Shown: positions 1 through 10,100 of the stretch, one piece after another
Layout: every line of letters begins with the position of its first letter
Position numbering within the stretch: the first letter of the stretch is position 1
From: Centroscyllium fabricii
Taxonomy: Eukaryota
Direction of reading: 5' to 3'
DNA: 64,000 bases
NCBI GenBank assembly: GCA_051313645.2
Contig: JBNRSN020000194.1
Location: 310,001-374,000 of the forward strand
The notes under the pieces: model-generated
The model's input: the letters and a program-made list of their open reading frames with translations, nothing else
What the model was told of the DNA's origin: nothing
Databases searched by the model: none
Translations under genes and position numbers: made by a program

Positions 1-3000
1 CGACTGAGAATACTCGCAACACCCACCCCTGACTGAGAATACTCGGAGCCCTCGCTCCTGACTGAGAATAATGGGAGCACACACCCCTTACTGAGAATGC
101 CTGGATGACACACCCGTGACTGAGAATACTCCGTGCACCCGTCCCTGACTGAGAATACTCGGAACACTCGCCCCTGACAGAGAATACTCGGGGCACTCGC
201 CCCTTACTCAGAATAATCAGAGCACCCGCCCCGACTGAGAATACTTGGAGCACCCACCCATGACTGAGAATAGTCGGGGCACTCGCCCCTGACTCAGAAT
301 ATTCAGAGCACCCGCCCCTGACTGAGAATACTGAGAGCACCCGCCCCTGACTGAGAATACTCAGAGCACCTGCCCCTGTCTGAGAATACTCAGAGCACCC
401 ACCCCTGACTGAGTATACTGAGAGCACCCGCCCCTGACTGAGAATACTTGGAGAAACCTCCCCTGACTGAGAATACTCGGAGCACCCGACCCTGACATAG
501 AATAATCGGAGCACCCGCCCCTGACTGAGAATACTCGGAGTACACGCCCCTGACTGATACTACTCGGAGCACCCGCCCCTTACTCAGAATTACATTGGCA
601 CCCGGCGTGACTGAGAATACTCGGAGCTCCCACCCCTGACTGAGTATACTCAGAGCACCCGCCCCTGACTGAGAATACTCGGAGCTCCCGCCACTGACTG
701 AGTATACTCAGAGCGCTCCGCCCCTGACTGAGAATACTCGGAGAACCCACCCCTGACGGAGAATACTTGGAGCACCAGCCCCTGACTGAGAATATTCGGA
801 GCACTCGCCCCTGACTGTTGATACTGAGAGCACCCGAACCTGACTGAGGATACTCAGAGCACCCACCCCTGACTGAGAATACGGAGAGCACCCGCACCTG
901 CCTGAGATTACTGAGAGCACATGCCCATGACTGAGAATAATGAGAGCACCCGCCCCTGACTGAGAATACTGAGAGCACCCGCCCCTGACTGAGAATACTG
1001 TGAGCAACCGCCCCTGACTGAGAATACTCGGAGCACACGCCCCTAACTGAGAATACTGAGAGCACCAGCCCCTGACCTGAGAATACTGAGAGCACCCGCC
1101 CCAGCCTGAGAATACTCCGTACACCTACCCCTGACTGAGAATACTCGGTGCACCCGCCACTGACTGAGAATTTTCGGAGCACCCGCCCCTGACTCAGATT
1201 AATCGGAGCACACACAATCATGACTGAGAATACTCGGAGCACTCACCCCTGACTGAGAATACTGGGAGCACACACCCCTTGCTGAGAATGCTCGGATCAC
1301 ACACCCGTGACTGAGAATATTGGAGCACCCGTCCCTGACTGAGAATACTCGGAGCACTCGCCTCTGAAAGAGAATACTCGGGGCACTCGCCCCTGACTCA
1401 GAATAATCAGAGCACTCGCCCCTGACTGAGAACACTCGGAGCTCCCGCCCCTGACTGAGAATACTGAGAGCACAAGCCCCTGACTGAGAATATTGAGAGC
1501 ACCCGCCCCTGACTGAGAATACCCGGAGCACCCACCCCTGATTGAGAATAGTGAGAGCACCCGCCCCTGACTGAGAATACTCGGAGTACCCGCCCCTGAC
1601 TGAGAATACTCGGACCACCCGCCCCTGACTGAGAATGGTTGGAGCACCCGCACCTGACAGAGAATACTCGGAGTACCCGCCCCTGACTGAGAATACTCGG
1701 AGTACCAACCACTGACTGAGAATTCTCAGAGCACTCGCCCCTGACTGAAAATACTCGGAGTACACGCCCCTGACTGAGAATACTCGGAGTACCTGCCCCT
1801 GACTGAGAATACTCGGCGCGCCCGCCCCTGACTGAGAATACTCAATGCACCCGCCCCTGACTGAGGATACAGAGTGCACCCGCCCCTGACTGAGAATACT
1901 CGGAGCACCTGCCCCTGAATGAGAATACTCGGAGTTCCCGCCCCTGACTGAGAATACTCGGAGTACCCACCACTGACTGAGAATAATCAGAGCACTCGCC
2001 CATGACTGAAAATTCTCGGTGTACACTCGCTTGACTGAGAAAATTCGGAGTACCTGCCCCTGACTGAGAATACTCAATGCACCCGCACCTGAATGAGGAT
2101 ACTGAGAGCAACCGCCACTGACTGAGAATACTCGGAGCACCTGCCCCGAATGAGAATAATCGGAGCACCCGCCCCTGACTGAGAATACTCAAAGCACCCA
2201 CCTCTGTCTGAGAATACTGTGAGTACCCGCCTCTGACTGAGAATACTCGGGGCACCCGCCCCTGACTGAGAATATTCAAAGCACCCGACAGTGACTAAGG
2301 ATACTGAGAACAACCGCCCCTGACTGAGAATACTTGGAGTTCCCGCCCCTAACTAAGGATACTAGGAGCACCAGCCCCTGACTGAGAATACTCGGAGCAC
2401 CCACCCCTGACTGAGAATACTCGGAGCACCTGCCACTGACTGAGAATACTGAGAGCACCAGCCCCTGACTGAGATTACTCGGAGCACCCGTCCCTGACTG
2501 AGAATACTGAGAGAACACACCCCTGACTGAGAATACTCAGAGAACCCGCCCCTGACTGAGAATACTCAGAACACCACCCCGCTGACTGAGAATACTGAGA
2601 GCACCCGCCCCTGACTGAGAATACTCGGAGCACCAGCCTCTGACTGAGAATATTTGGAGTACCCGCTGTTGACTGAGAATACTCGGAGCACCCGCCCCTG
2701 ACTGAGTATATTCAGAGCACCCACACCTGACTGAGAATACTCGGAGTACCCGCCCCTGACTAAGAATTCTCATGGCACCCGTTCCTGACTGAGAATACTA
2801 GGACTACCCGCCCCTGACTGAGAATACTCAGAGCACCTGCCCCTGACTGAGAATACTAGGAGCACCCGTCCCTGACTGAGAATACTCGGAGCACCCGCCT
2901 CTGACAGAGAATATTAGGAGCACCTGCCCCTGACTGAGAATACTGAGAGCACCCGACACTGACTGAGAATACTCGGAGCTCCCGCCCCTGACTCAGAATA

Positions 3001-3384
3001 CTTGGAGTACCCGCCCCTGACAGAGAATACTCGGAGCTCCCGCCCCTGTCTGAGAATACTTGGAGCACACACCCCTGACTGAGAATACTCGCAGCACACA
3101 CCCCTGACTGAGAATACTTGGGTCACCCGCCCCTGACTGAGAATATTCAGAGCACCTGCCACTGACTGAGAATACTTGGAGCACCCGTCCCTGACTGAGA
3201 ATATTCGGAGCACCCACCCCTGACTGATAATACTTGGAGCACCCGCCCCTGACTGAGAATACTTGGAGTTCCCGCCCCTGATTGAGAATATTCGGAGCAC
3301 CCACCCCTGACTGAGAATACTGAGAGTAACCGCCCCTGACTGAGGATACTGAGAGCACCCGCCCCTGACTGAGAATACTCAGAG
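1..3384. repeat. 29-bp tandem satellite array, left of the proviral insertion
   Basis: Continuous head-to-tail monomers of consensus CCCGCCCCTGACTGAGAATACTCGGAGCA (29 nt), usually with a few substitutions each. No unique spacers. Confidence 0.98.
3381..3384 (+). repeat. Target-site duplication, left copy (AGAG)
   Basis: ...GAGAATACTC AGAG|TGTAAGG. Removing the element and one AGAG restores the satellite sequence seen intact at 20083-20086 and 15791-15794. Confidence 0.93.
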
Positions 3385-3471
3385 TGTAAGGTCGCAATAT
3401 TCCCTGTTAAATTAGATCCACAAAGACAAGAAACGAAGGATGGAGTATACACATTTTATTTTATTTGGACA

Positions 3472-3795
3472 ATGGCAGACAAGACAGGCTGCGGCCTGAT
3501 CAGAGAAAAGGGGCCTCCAAGATGGCCGCCGGACCACATGGCACAGTACAAACCGAAACCAAAAACCCAACTCGAAAAGCCCGCGAAGAAACCAGACATA
3601 AAGGCACTGTTAAACCTGGAAATAAATAGCCTGCCTTTTAGAGGCCGATTAGCCCGACAAAGAAATGCACCCAGTTTAAATAATCACCCAAAACAACTGC
3701 AGAAACGAAGCAGCTGGTCCGTTCAGCCAGCTACAGAAATTGTATACCCTTCCAGCAGAAAGCGATTAGCACCCTTGAAAACAAAGGGGCTCTAA
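3472..3795 (+). CDS. Possible U3-encoded basic protein (107 aa), hypothetical
   Basis: Kozak ACAATGG; K/R/P-rich; no recognisable homology. Truncated in the 3' LTR by CGA>TGA at 11983. Confidence 0.2.
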   Translation: MADKTGCGLIREKGPPRWPPDHMAQYKPKPKTQLEKPAKKPDIKALLNLEINSLPFRGRLARQRNAPSLNNHPKQLQKRSSWSVQPATEIVYPSSRKRLAPLKTKGL

Positions 3796-3923
3796 CCTGA
3801 GAAGTTAGAGCCGCCATCAAACTATTACCGGCAGGCTTGGCTAGACAAAAGGGGTGCTATAACCGCTTTCCACACACAATACAGGCTCTAATGGGAAAGA
3901 CATTAGGCAGTTCGACTTTGGGG

Positions 3924-3944
3924 TATAACTGGTAGGACTTTATA
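3924..3944 (+). promoter_or_regulatory. Candidate LTR TATA-like boxes
   Basis: GGGTATAACT (TATAAC 3924-3929) and CTTTATACAG (3939-3944). Motif match only. Confidence 0.4.
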
Positions 3945-4059
3945 CAGTTCGCTCTCTTGAAAAATCTCTTCATCTCGGACTCCCTGGAGGAGGGGGGTTT
4001 GAATCTCTGGTAATAGAATCTCTTGGAAAGCGGTTGGAAATTCTTCTCTTATGACTTAG

Positions 4060-4149
4060 GACTCGTGGAGGCGACCTCTTGAAGCGGTGAGGTCTCTCTT
4101 GGCTCTTGGAATCGACTCGTGGAGGCGACCTCTTGAAGCGGTGAGGTCT
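4060..4149 (+). repeat. 36-bp direct repeat in the LTR, each copy with an internal hairpin
   Basis: GACTCGTGGAGGCGACCTCTTGAAGCGGTGAGGTCT at 4060-4095 and 4114-4149, with GACCTC/GAGGTC arms. Also present in the 3' LTR. Confidence 0.9.
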
Positions 4150-5013
4150 AGCAGTGACTTTGGGTGGGCTGTCTTTCTCGAAGACTCCAGTTCAGCTTTC
4201 TGGGCGCAGGGCAAGCAGGGTGAAGGCTCTGGCAGGACAGCAGAGTTGGGTCAGGGCAGTATCGCATCAGAAAACCATTGCCGGTGAGGTAGTTAGTTGC
4301 TGAGGCCCATTAGCGAAGCAAAAGTGAGTGAGTTAGAACAAGACTGGTTGCCGTTGGCTCGAGAGAAACCATCATTCAAAGAGTGGGAGAACAATTAGGC
4401 TAGCAGCCCGTTACAGTTCGGCTTGAGAGGGCAGGATCGGCATACCCCAGGGTCCGGTTCAGCCAGGGAGACGGTGTGGTTGGTGCGAGGAGATCGAGCA
4501 GCCTCGAGGAATCCGTCCGGGACCAGCCCGAGCAGGAGCGACCGCCGCCAAAAGGGAGAAAACAACGAGTGGACTCCCGAATCTTCCACAGCCACGTGAC
4601 GACCGACGCTGCAGCCGAAGAAACGAAGGACTTCGTAGCAGAACCCGAGTATTACCGAGTGGTGAGCATGTGCATTGATCCTACACACCTGGACATAGCT
4701 AGGCAATAGAGGGAAGGGTGGTTCGTTTGGGGTGTAATTTTAGAGTCATTGCCCCGATTTACGATGTGTCGTGCGTTCCCCATCCTATGAGTTGTTTGTG
4801 TATGTGCATATGTATATATATCTATTTGGGAACAATTGTTGGTGTTCCATACTGTGTTGACCCGAGAAAATACAACCTAACTGCTGTAGATATATCTCTT
4901 GGTGTAATAAACCGTTATCCTTGCTGCTGTAAATATATCTCTTGGTGTAATAAAAACCTTCCAACTTTACAAACTTTTATTCGAGTCAATAGTCTGAGTC
5001 CAATCGGCATCCA

Positions 5014-5034
5014 TCTCTCTCTCTCTCTCTCTCT
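5014..5034 (+). repeat. (TC)n microsatellite / polypyrimidine tract in the LTR
   Basis: 21-nt alternating TC run, the same length in both LTRs (13291-13311). Confidence 0.9.
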
Positions 5035-5193
5035 TCCTGCACCTAAGTCCAGCGTCTAGAACCGTAAAGAGTGAGCGATTCGAACCGCTCGCGGGGGAGG
5101 AGGTTATTGCGCGAGGCCTAGCGGACTGCTAGCGCAAGGCAGTAACGGACCCCAAGTCGTACAGTAAAATATACGGCGCACGCTCCTTACAGA

Positions 5194-7116
5194 ATGGCGA
5201 CCACAGCAGGACGCTGGCAGCAGGAGAGAGATCTATTGGACTCAGCGTTGAATAAAAGAAGCGTAATGGAGGAAAGGATTGCCAACTATGTATTTAGTAA
5301 AGTAAACCTAACAAAGCAGTGGATTGGGGACCTGTTGGCAGACAAAGGCCCACTGGATGCAGCTATCCGTTGGACGGGTAGCAAGGGGCATAAAAAGGCC
5401 GTAGAGAAAGCCGTATGGCTTATGTGTTATAAAAGACAGGTCCAGCTTTCGGACCAGGTGATTGCGGAGCAGACCGCGCAGATAAAAGGGTTGGTTTTAG
5501 AAGTGGAGGAAAAGGTCTCAGGGGGGCAGCGGTTAATCACCGCGCTAGAGGCTCTAAATAATGAGCGCCAGGTGAAGACCAACCGCCACGAAGCTAGGGT
5601 TGAGCTCCTAGAGAGACAAGTCGTAGAGGCCATGTCAAGTGAAGGGAAGCTCAGGGAAAGCTGCGTCCGCCTAAGTGGCCAATTGAAGGCACAGGAGGAG
5701 GATTTACTGGGGATGAGGGCAGCTTACAAAATGTCCCTCGAGGCCAAATATGAGGACGCCGATCATAGCGCCTGTTTAAAGGAGATTCATGACCTCAGGG
5801 AGGCCCTGAACAAGTCAAATGGTCTGGTGTGCCTCATCGACCCATCGGTGGGTGAGGTAAAGGTAGCTCAGGAACCCCCGAAGCCAAAGTTAAGGAGGAG
5901 GGCGCCGGAGGCACCAGCCCCCGCGCTCCCCGCGCGATCACCCCACTATACGCAAGCATGGGAGAAAGGGGACAAAGAGGAGGTGGCGGCAAATGTTCCC
6001 AAAGTGGGGAATCCAGACCCGGCACCCATGTGTCCGGTTCGAGAGATGAGGCGGGGTCCCGACACTGAGGCTGGGGATCCCGGGCCCGTCCTGAATGAGG
6101 TTATAGTGCCCCATAGCTCGCAACAGATAAGGAGCATGATAGGGCATTTCAAGAAGCTGTCCGCAGCAGGCGATCCGTCCCTGCATTTTAGGGAGGTCGA
6201 ACAGGCCGCAGCAATTAACGGCTGTGACGAAGGGGAGCAAGCCAGGATGTTGCTTTTTTCGTTGGATAGCTCTATTCTTCAGTGTCTCTCCGACGAGAGC
6301 AAAAGGGGGGAGAATTGTTATAACGACCTGCGGGACGAGGTCCTAGAAATATTAGGGATGGACGATGAAGGTCCGTTTGTAAGGCTGGGTAGGACCGTGC
6401 AGATGGAGGGAGAACCCCCACGGGTTTTCGCCGGGAGGCTGTGGCCTGTGTATCAGCGCAGCTGCCCAGATGTACCTGCACGGGCTGTTTTGCGCGATGC
6501 CGGGAGAGCCCAGTGGCTCCGGTGTATCGTTGCCAACAGCCTACCCGCCGTTAGAGAGCAGGCGAAGGTGTGGTTTGACACCACCGATGCTCTAACCACA
6601 GAGGAGACGGTCCTCAACCGACTCACGGTTGGGTATAAAAATACCAGAAGTTCGGTGATGCATTGCGATAAGGGGAAGGTGTATGCGACTAACGCAAACG
6701 CCCCAGCGCAGAGAGAGTGGTATCAGGAGGGGGGCAACCCGGGGCAGTCTACATGTCATAGATGCGGGAAGGCAGGCCACTGGCGCAGAGACTGTAGAGC
6801 CCCGTGGAGGGAGGTCAAGGAAAGAGCTCCCGCAGCCCCAGCCCGAGCACCCACTCCCACAGGAGGTGCCGGCGCCACTCTAAGTCCCGAAACAATTGAG
6901 TCCATGCTGGAAGCCATGAAGTTTTATATGACTTCCCAGGGGAAGGTAGCCCCAACCCGAGCACCCGCTCCCACAGGAGGTGCCGGGGCAACCTTAAGTC
7001 CCGAGACGATTGAGTCCACGCTGGGGGCCATGAAGTTGTATATGGCTTCCCAGGGGAAGGCAGCGGTGGCCACCGGTTCCGCAGGCACCGCAGCCCCTCA
7101 CGAGGAAACCCAATGA
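5194..7116 (+). CDS. gag: Gag polyprotein (640 aa): N-terminal coiled coil, Pro-rich linker, capsid-like region, single CCHC zinc knuckle, duplicated C-terminal 38-aa unit
   Basis: Intact ORF directly after the LTR with strong Kozak context (AGAATGG). CHRCGKAGHWRRDC knuckle at 6754-6795. Confidence 0.93.
   Translation: MATTAGRWQQERDLLDSALNKRSVMEERIANYVFSKVNLTKQWIGDLLADKGPLDAAIRWTGSKGHKKAVEKAVWLMCYKRQVQLSDQVIAEQTAQIKGLVLEVEEKVSGGQRLITALEALNNERQVKTNRHEARVELLERQVVEAMSSEGKLRESCVRLSGQLKAQEEDLLGMRAAYKMSLEAKYEDADHSACLKEIHDLREALNKSNGLVCLIDPSVGEVKVAQEPPKPKLRRRAPEAPAPALPARSPHYTQAWEKGDKEEVAANVPKVGNPDPAPMCPVREMRRGPDTEAGDPGPVLNEVIVPHSSQQIRSMIGHFKKLSAAGDPSLHFREVEQAAAINGCDEGEQARMLLFSLDSSILQCLSDESKRGENCYNDLRDEVLEILGMDDEGPFVRLGRTVQMEGEPPRVFAGRLWPVYQRSCPDVPARAVLRDAGRAQWLRCIVANSLPAVREQAKVWFDTTDALTTEETVLNRLTVGYKNTRSSVMHCDKGKVYATNANAPAQREWYQEGGNPGQSTCHRCGKAGHWRRDCRAPWREVKERAPAAPARAPTPTGGAGATLSPETIESMLEAMKFYMTSQGKVAPTRAPAPTGGAGATLSPETIESTLGAMKLYMASQGKAAVATGSAGTAAPHEETQ
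5195..5212 (+). promoter_or_regulatory. Primer-binding site, probably tRNA-Arg(UCG)
   Basis: TGGCGACCACAGCAGGAC lies 3 nt after the 5' LTR. It begins with TGG (complement of CCA) and resembles the complement of vertebrate tRNA-Arg(UCG) 3' ends as recalled. The tRNA identity needs checking. Confidence 0.8.
6842..7064 (+). repeat. Tandem 114-bp-period (38 aa) duplication at the gag 3' end
   Basis: RAPTPTGGAGATLSPETIESMLEAMKFYMTSQGK / RAPAPTGGAGATLSPETIESTLGAMKLYMASQGK. Confidence 0.92.
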
Positions 7117-7119
7117 CTA
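7111..7119 (+). promoter_or_regulatory. Candidate gag-pol stop-codon readthrough site CAA-UGA-CUA
   Basis: gag and pol share a frame and are separated only by TGA at 7114-7116. The 3' context CUA is a known leaky-UGA context. Confidence 0.75.
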
Positions 7120-10100
7120 AGACCCGCGCTGCCCATTTACCTGTGCCCACTCCGTTACGATGCATGGAGGAGACCTCTGGTGGAAATGGAGGTGGAGAGA
7201 CAGGAGGGGAATTATCTGTTGGATACGGGGGCCTCATGCACCGTGATCCATACAGAGAAGCCGTTTAATTCCCCAATGTCCACCGGAGTCCCTTTTGCAT
7301 TAGCAGGGTTTACGGGCAAGGAACAGGGGGGCGCGCGCTCTAGGCCACTCTCCATTCAGTTAGGAGCGCTCCACACCACTTGGGAGTGCATCTTGCTGAA
7401 ATGGGAAGAAGGAGGTGGCAGAGGTATAGTAGGAGCAGATTTTCTGGGAGCACACGGGATCATGATCGACTTAAGGAACCACTGTTTATGGGCAGCCGAA
7501 AGTGGAAGAGGTGAAGTTGTGGTCATAGGGGAGGAAGAAGAGAAGGGGACCCTATGCACCATGAAGCCGTCCGGAGGTTACGACCTCGATAGTCTGTCCA
7601 AGGGGGTTCCGGCCGACATGCAGGCGGCCGTAACGTGGAATATAAACGCCTTTGCGACCCACAAGCACGATTGCGGGAGGGTCTTAGGGTTTGAGGTTAG
7701 CGTACAGGGGGATCCCATGTCCCGACCCCAGAAACAGTATAACTTCCCTAAGGAAGCGGAGTCCGATCTGGAGACAGCGATGTCTTCACTGGTGCGGCAG
7801 GGCGTGTTGAGGCCGATAGCCACCCATGTGAACTCTCCGTTGTGGCCCGTACGGAAGCCAGACAACTCATGGAGAGCCACGGTGGATTATCGGGTCCTCA
7901 ACAGTAACATCCCTGCCTGCGCACCCACGGTGGCAGCAGTTGCCGACCTGATCGGGAGTATTCCCGCTTCCGCCACGGTGTTTACGGTGTTGGATATTTC
8001 CAACGGGTTTTGGTCCATCCCGCTGCGGAGGGAGGATCAGTACAAGTTTGCCTTTACGTTTAAAGGGCAGCAGTACACGTGGAATTGTTTGCCGCAAGGC
8101 TTCCACAACAGCCCCAGTATTTTCCACCAGTGCATGGCAGGGAGTTTAAAGGAGTTTAGTCAGCCCAGTCAGATAGTGCAGTACGTGGACGACTTACTCC
8201 TGTTCACAGACACAAGGGATGAGCACTTGCCATTGCTAGGCGAGCTGCTGGAATTACTGGCTAGGAAGGGTTTTAAAATAAACCCGAAGAAGGCACGGAT
8301 TGGCCAGACAGAAGTAAAGTTTCTGGGTCTGACCATCCGCGCGGGGGAAAGGGCCATAGATAAGGTCCGAAGGGAGTCGGTACAGGAGCTACCGATCCCG
8401 ACCACCGTAAAGGGTGTGAGGTCCTTTTTGGGATTGACCGGCTATTGCAGAGACTTCATAGAGGACTATGCAGCCACAGCAGCTCCGCTGCTCCGACTCT
8501 TACATAAGGGAGTTGGGTGGTCATGGGATGAGGGCTGCCAGGCGGCGTTTGAAAAGTTGAAAAGGGACTTGCAAACCGCGCCAGCCCTGGGGGCCATAGA
8601 GGGGGGGAAGGAGTTTTCCCTGGAGGTAGCAGCCGGCGAGGACAGCTTGAGCGCGGTGCTGCTCCAAGAGCGGCACGGCAAGCTGCGACCGGTGGTGTAT
8701 TCCTCAAGGGTACTCACGGAGGTAGAGAGGGGGTTCTCCAACTGCGAACGGCATCTCTTAGCCACGCATTGGGCCGTGAAGAGATCATTAATCTTCACGG
8801 GAACCTCTCCCATTACTCTCCTCACCCACCACACGCCCACCAGGATGCTTCTGGATGGGAGGATAAAGGATGGGACCGTGAGCAGCGCGAGAATTGCGCG
8901 CTGGACTCTTCTGTTGTCCCAAATGGATTTAAAAGTGGAGGGTTTGTGCGAGCCTAAGCTCGCAGCAAATTTGATGTACCCCGGAACGACCCATCGGTGT
9001 TCCGTGGAGGGGGTATGGGAGGTGAACATAGGTCTGCGAGCCGGGATACATCCCACGGGCCGCGAGATCTATGTTGATGGTTCCAGCACGGTGGTGGCTG
9101 GCGAACGACTCACGGGCTGCGGGATTTTTGACCCTACGGCAGACATTGCCTTGGCGGTTAAGCTTCCCCGCACCATGAGCGCGCAGCAGGCCGAGCTGTC
9201 GGCGGTGGCGTACGTGGTAACCCACCCCGAGATCTTCCCAACCCCGTACACAATTTGCTCTGATAGTATGTTTACGTGCAACTCGTGCACAGAGTATCTG
9301 GCCATATGGTCACGTCGCGGGTACACTTCCACGGACGGGCGGCCATTAACGGTAAAGCCCTTGTTGGAGAAGATCCTAGCGGCAGTAGGGGAAGAAGGGG
9401 AGATCTTCATCCACAAGGTGAAGGCTCACTCTTCCACGGAACCACGTGGGGGAGGCAATCAGCGGGCGGATGCGCTGGCCAAGGAGGGTGCTCGTGAAGG
9501 CACTTTCTGGGACCCCTACGGGTCCGGACCTGTGGCAGCGATCCGGGACAAGGAGGGGAACCGCCCCAGGGTTCCCCTGCCTTTGGATCTCAAAACGGTC
9601 CAAAACCAGGATCCCGTTTTAAAAGCTGTCCTCAAAGCTATTAGTGAGGACAAGCAGGTAGAGGGCCCATACAATAGGGCGACCCTCTCCGTTAAGGAGG
9701 GTATGTTATTCAGGGAGGAACAGTGGGTTGTGCCGCAGCAGCACAGGAGGGAATTTCTCCAATTGGCCCACGAGGGTCCAGGAGCAGGGCACCCCGGGCC
9801 AGAGGTTACGTGGCAACGGGTGGATATAAACCAATGTAAAATGTATAAGTCGGGCACGCAGGGGTCGACCACAGGGGCAAGCCCTGTGAGTAGGAACGCC
9901 CAGCCAAGTGCAGGACCACAGGTCGCACAGGCAGGCAAAGTAGCCTGCGTGAAAGGAGAGGCCCCGATGGAGGAGAGGAGGGTCTCTCGTGCTGTGTGGG
10001 ATTCGGATGGGGAGGAGCCGGACCAACACGACCAAGTGTTGGATCTGATGGACCAACACGACCAAGTGTTGGATCCGAGTGGCCAACCCGACCAAGGGTT

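Larger units (their letters stand above)
3385..5191 (+). repeat. 5' LTR (1,807 bp)
   Basis: Starts TG and ends CA, with a 7-bp terminal inverted repeat TGTAAGG/CCTTACA. Repeated at an offset of 8,277 bp. Confidence 0.97.

Noticed and set aside
4087-5059. Other LTR ORFs (66, 77, 103 and 113 aa)
   Set aside because: They mostly have non-ATG starts or span repeats and microsatellite sequence. Presence in both LTRs only reflects the LTR duplication.
5060-5150. tRNA gene or known self-cleaving ribozyme in U5
   Set aside because: Only a TTCGAA loop/B-box is present. There is no cloverleaf with D and anticodon arms, and no hammerhead, HDV or twister core was recognised. Kept as a generic structured element.
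7100-7180. -1 ribosomal frameshift between gag and pol
   Set aside because: The two ORFs are in the same frame and no slippery heptamer precedes the stop.
5356-9603. Short alternative-frame and antisense ORFs within gag and pol
   Set aside because: They overlap well-supported genes, have no motifs, and are expected by chance at this GC content.
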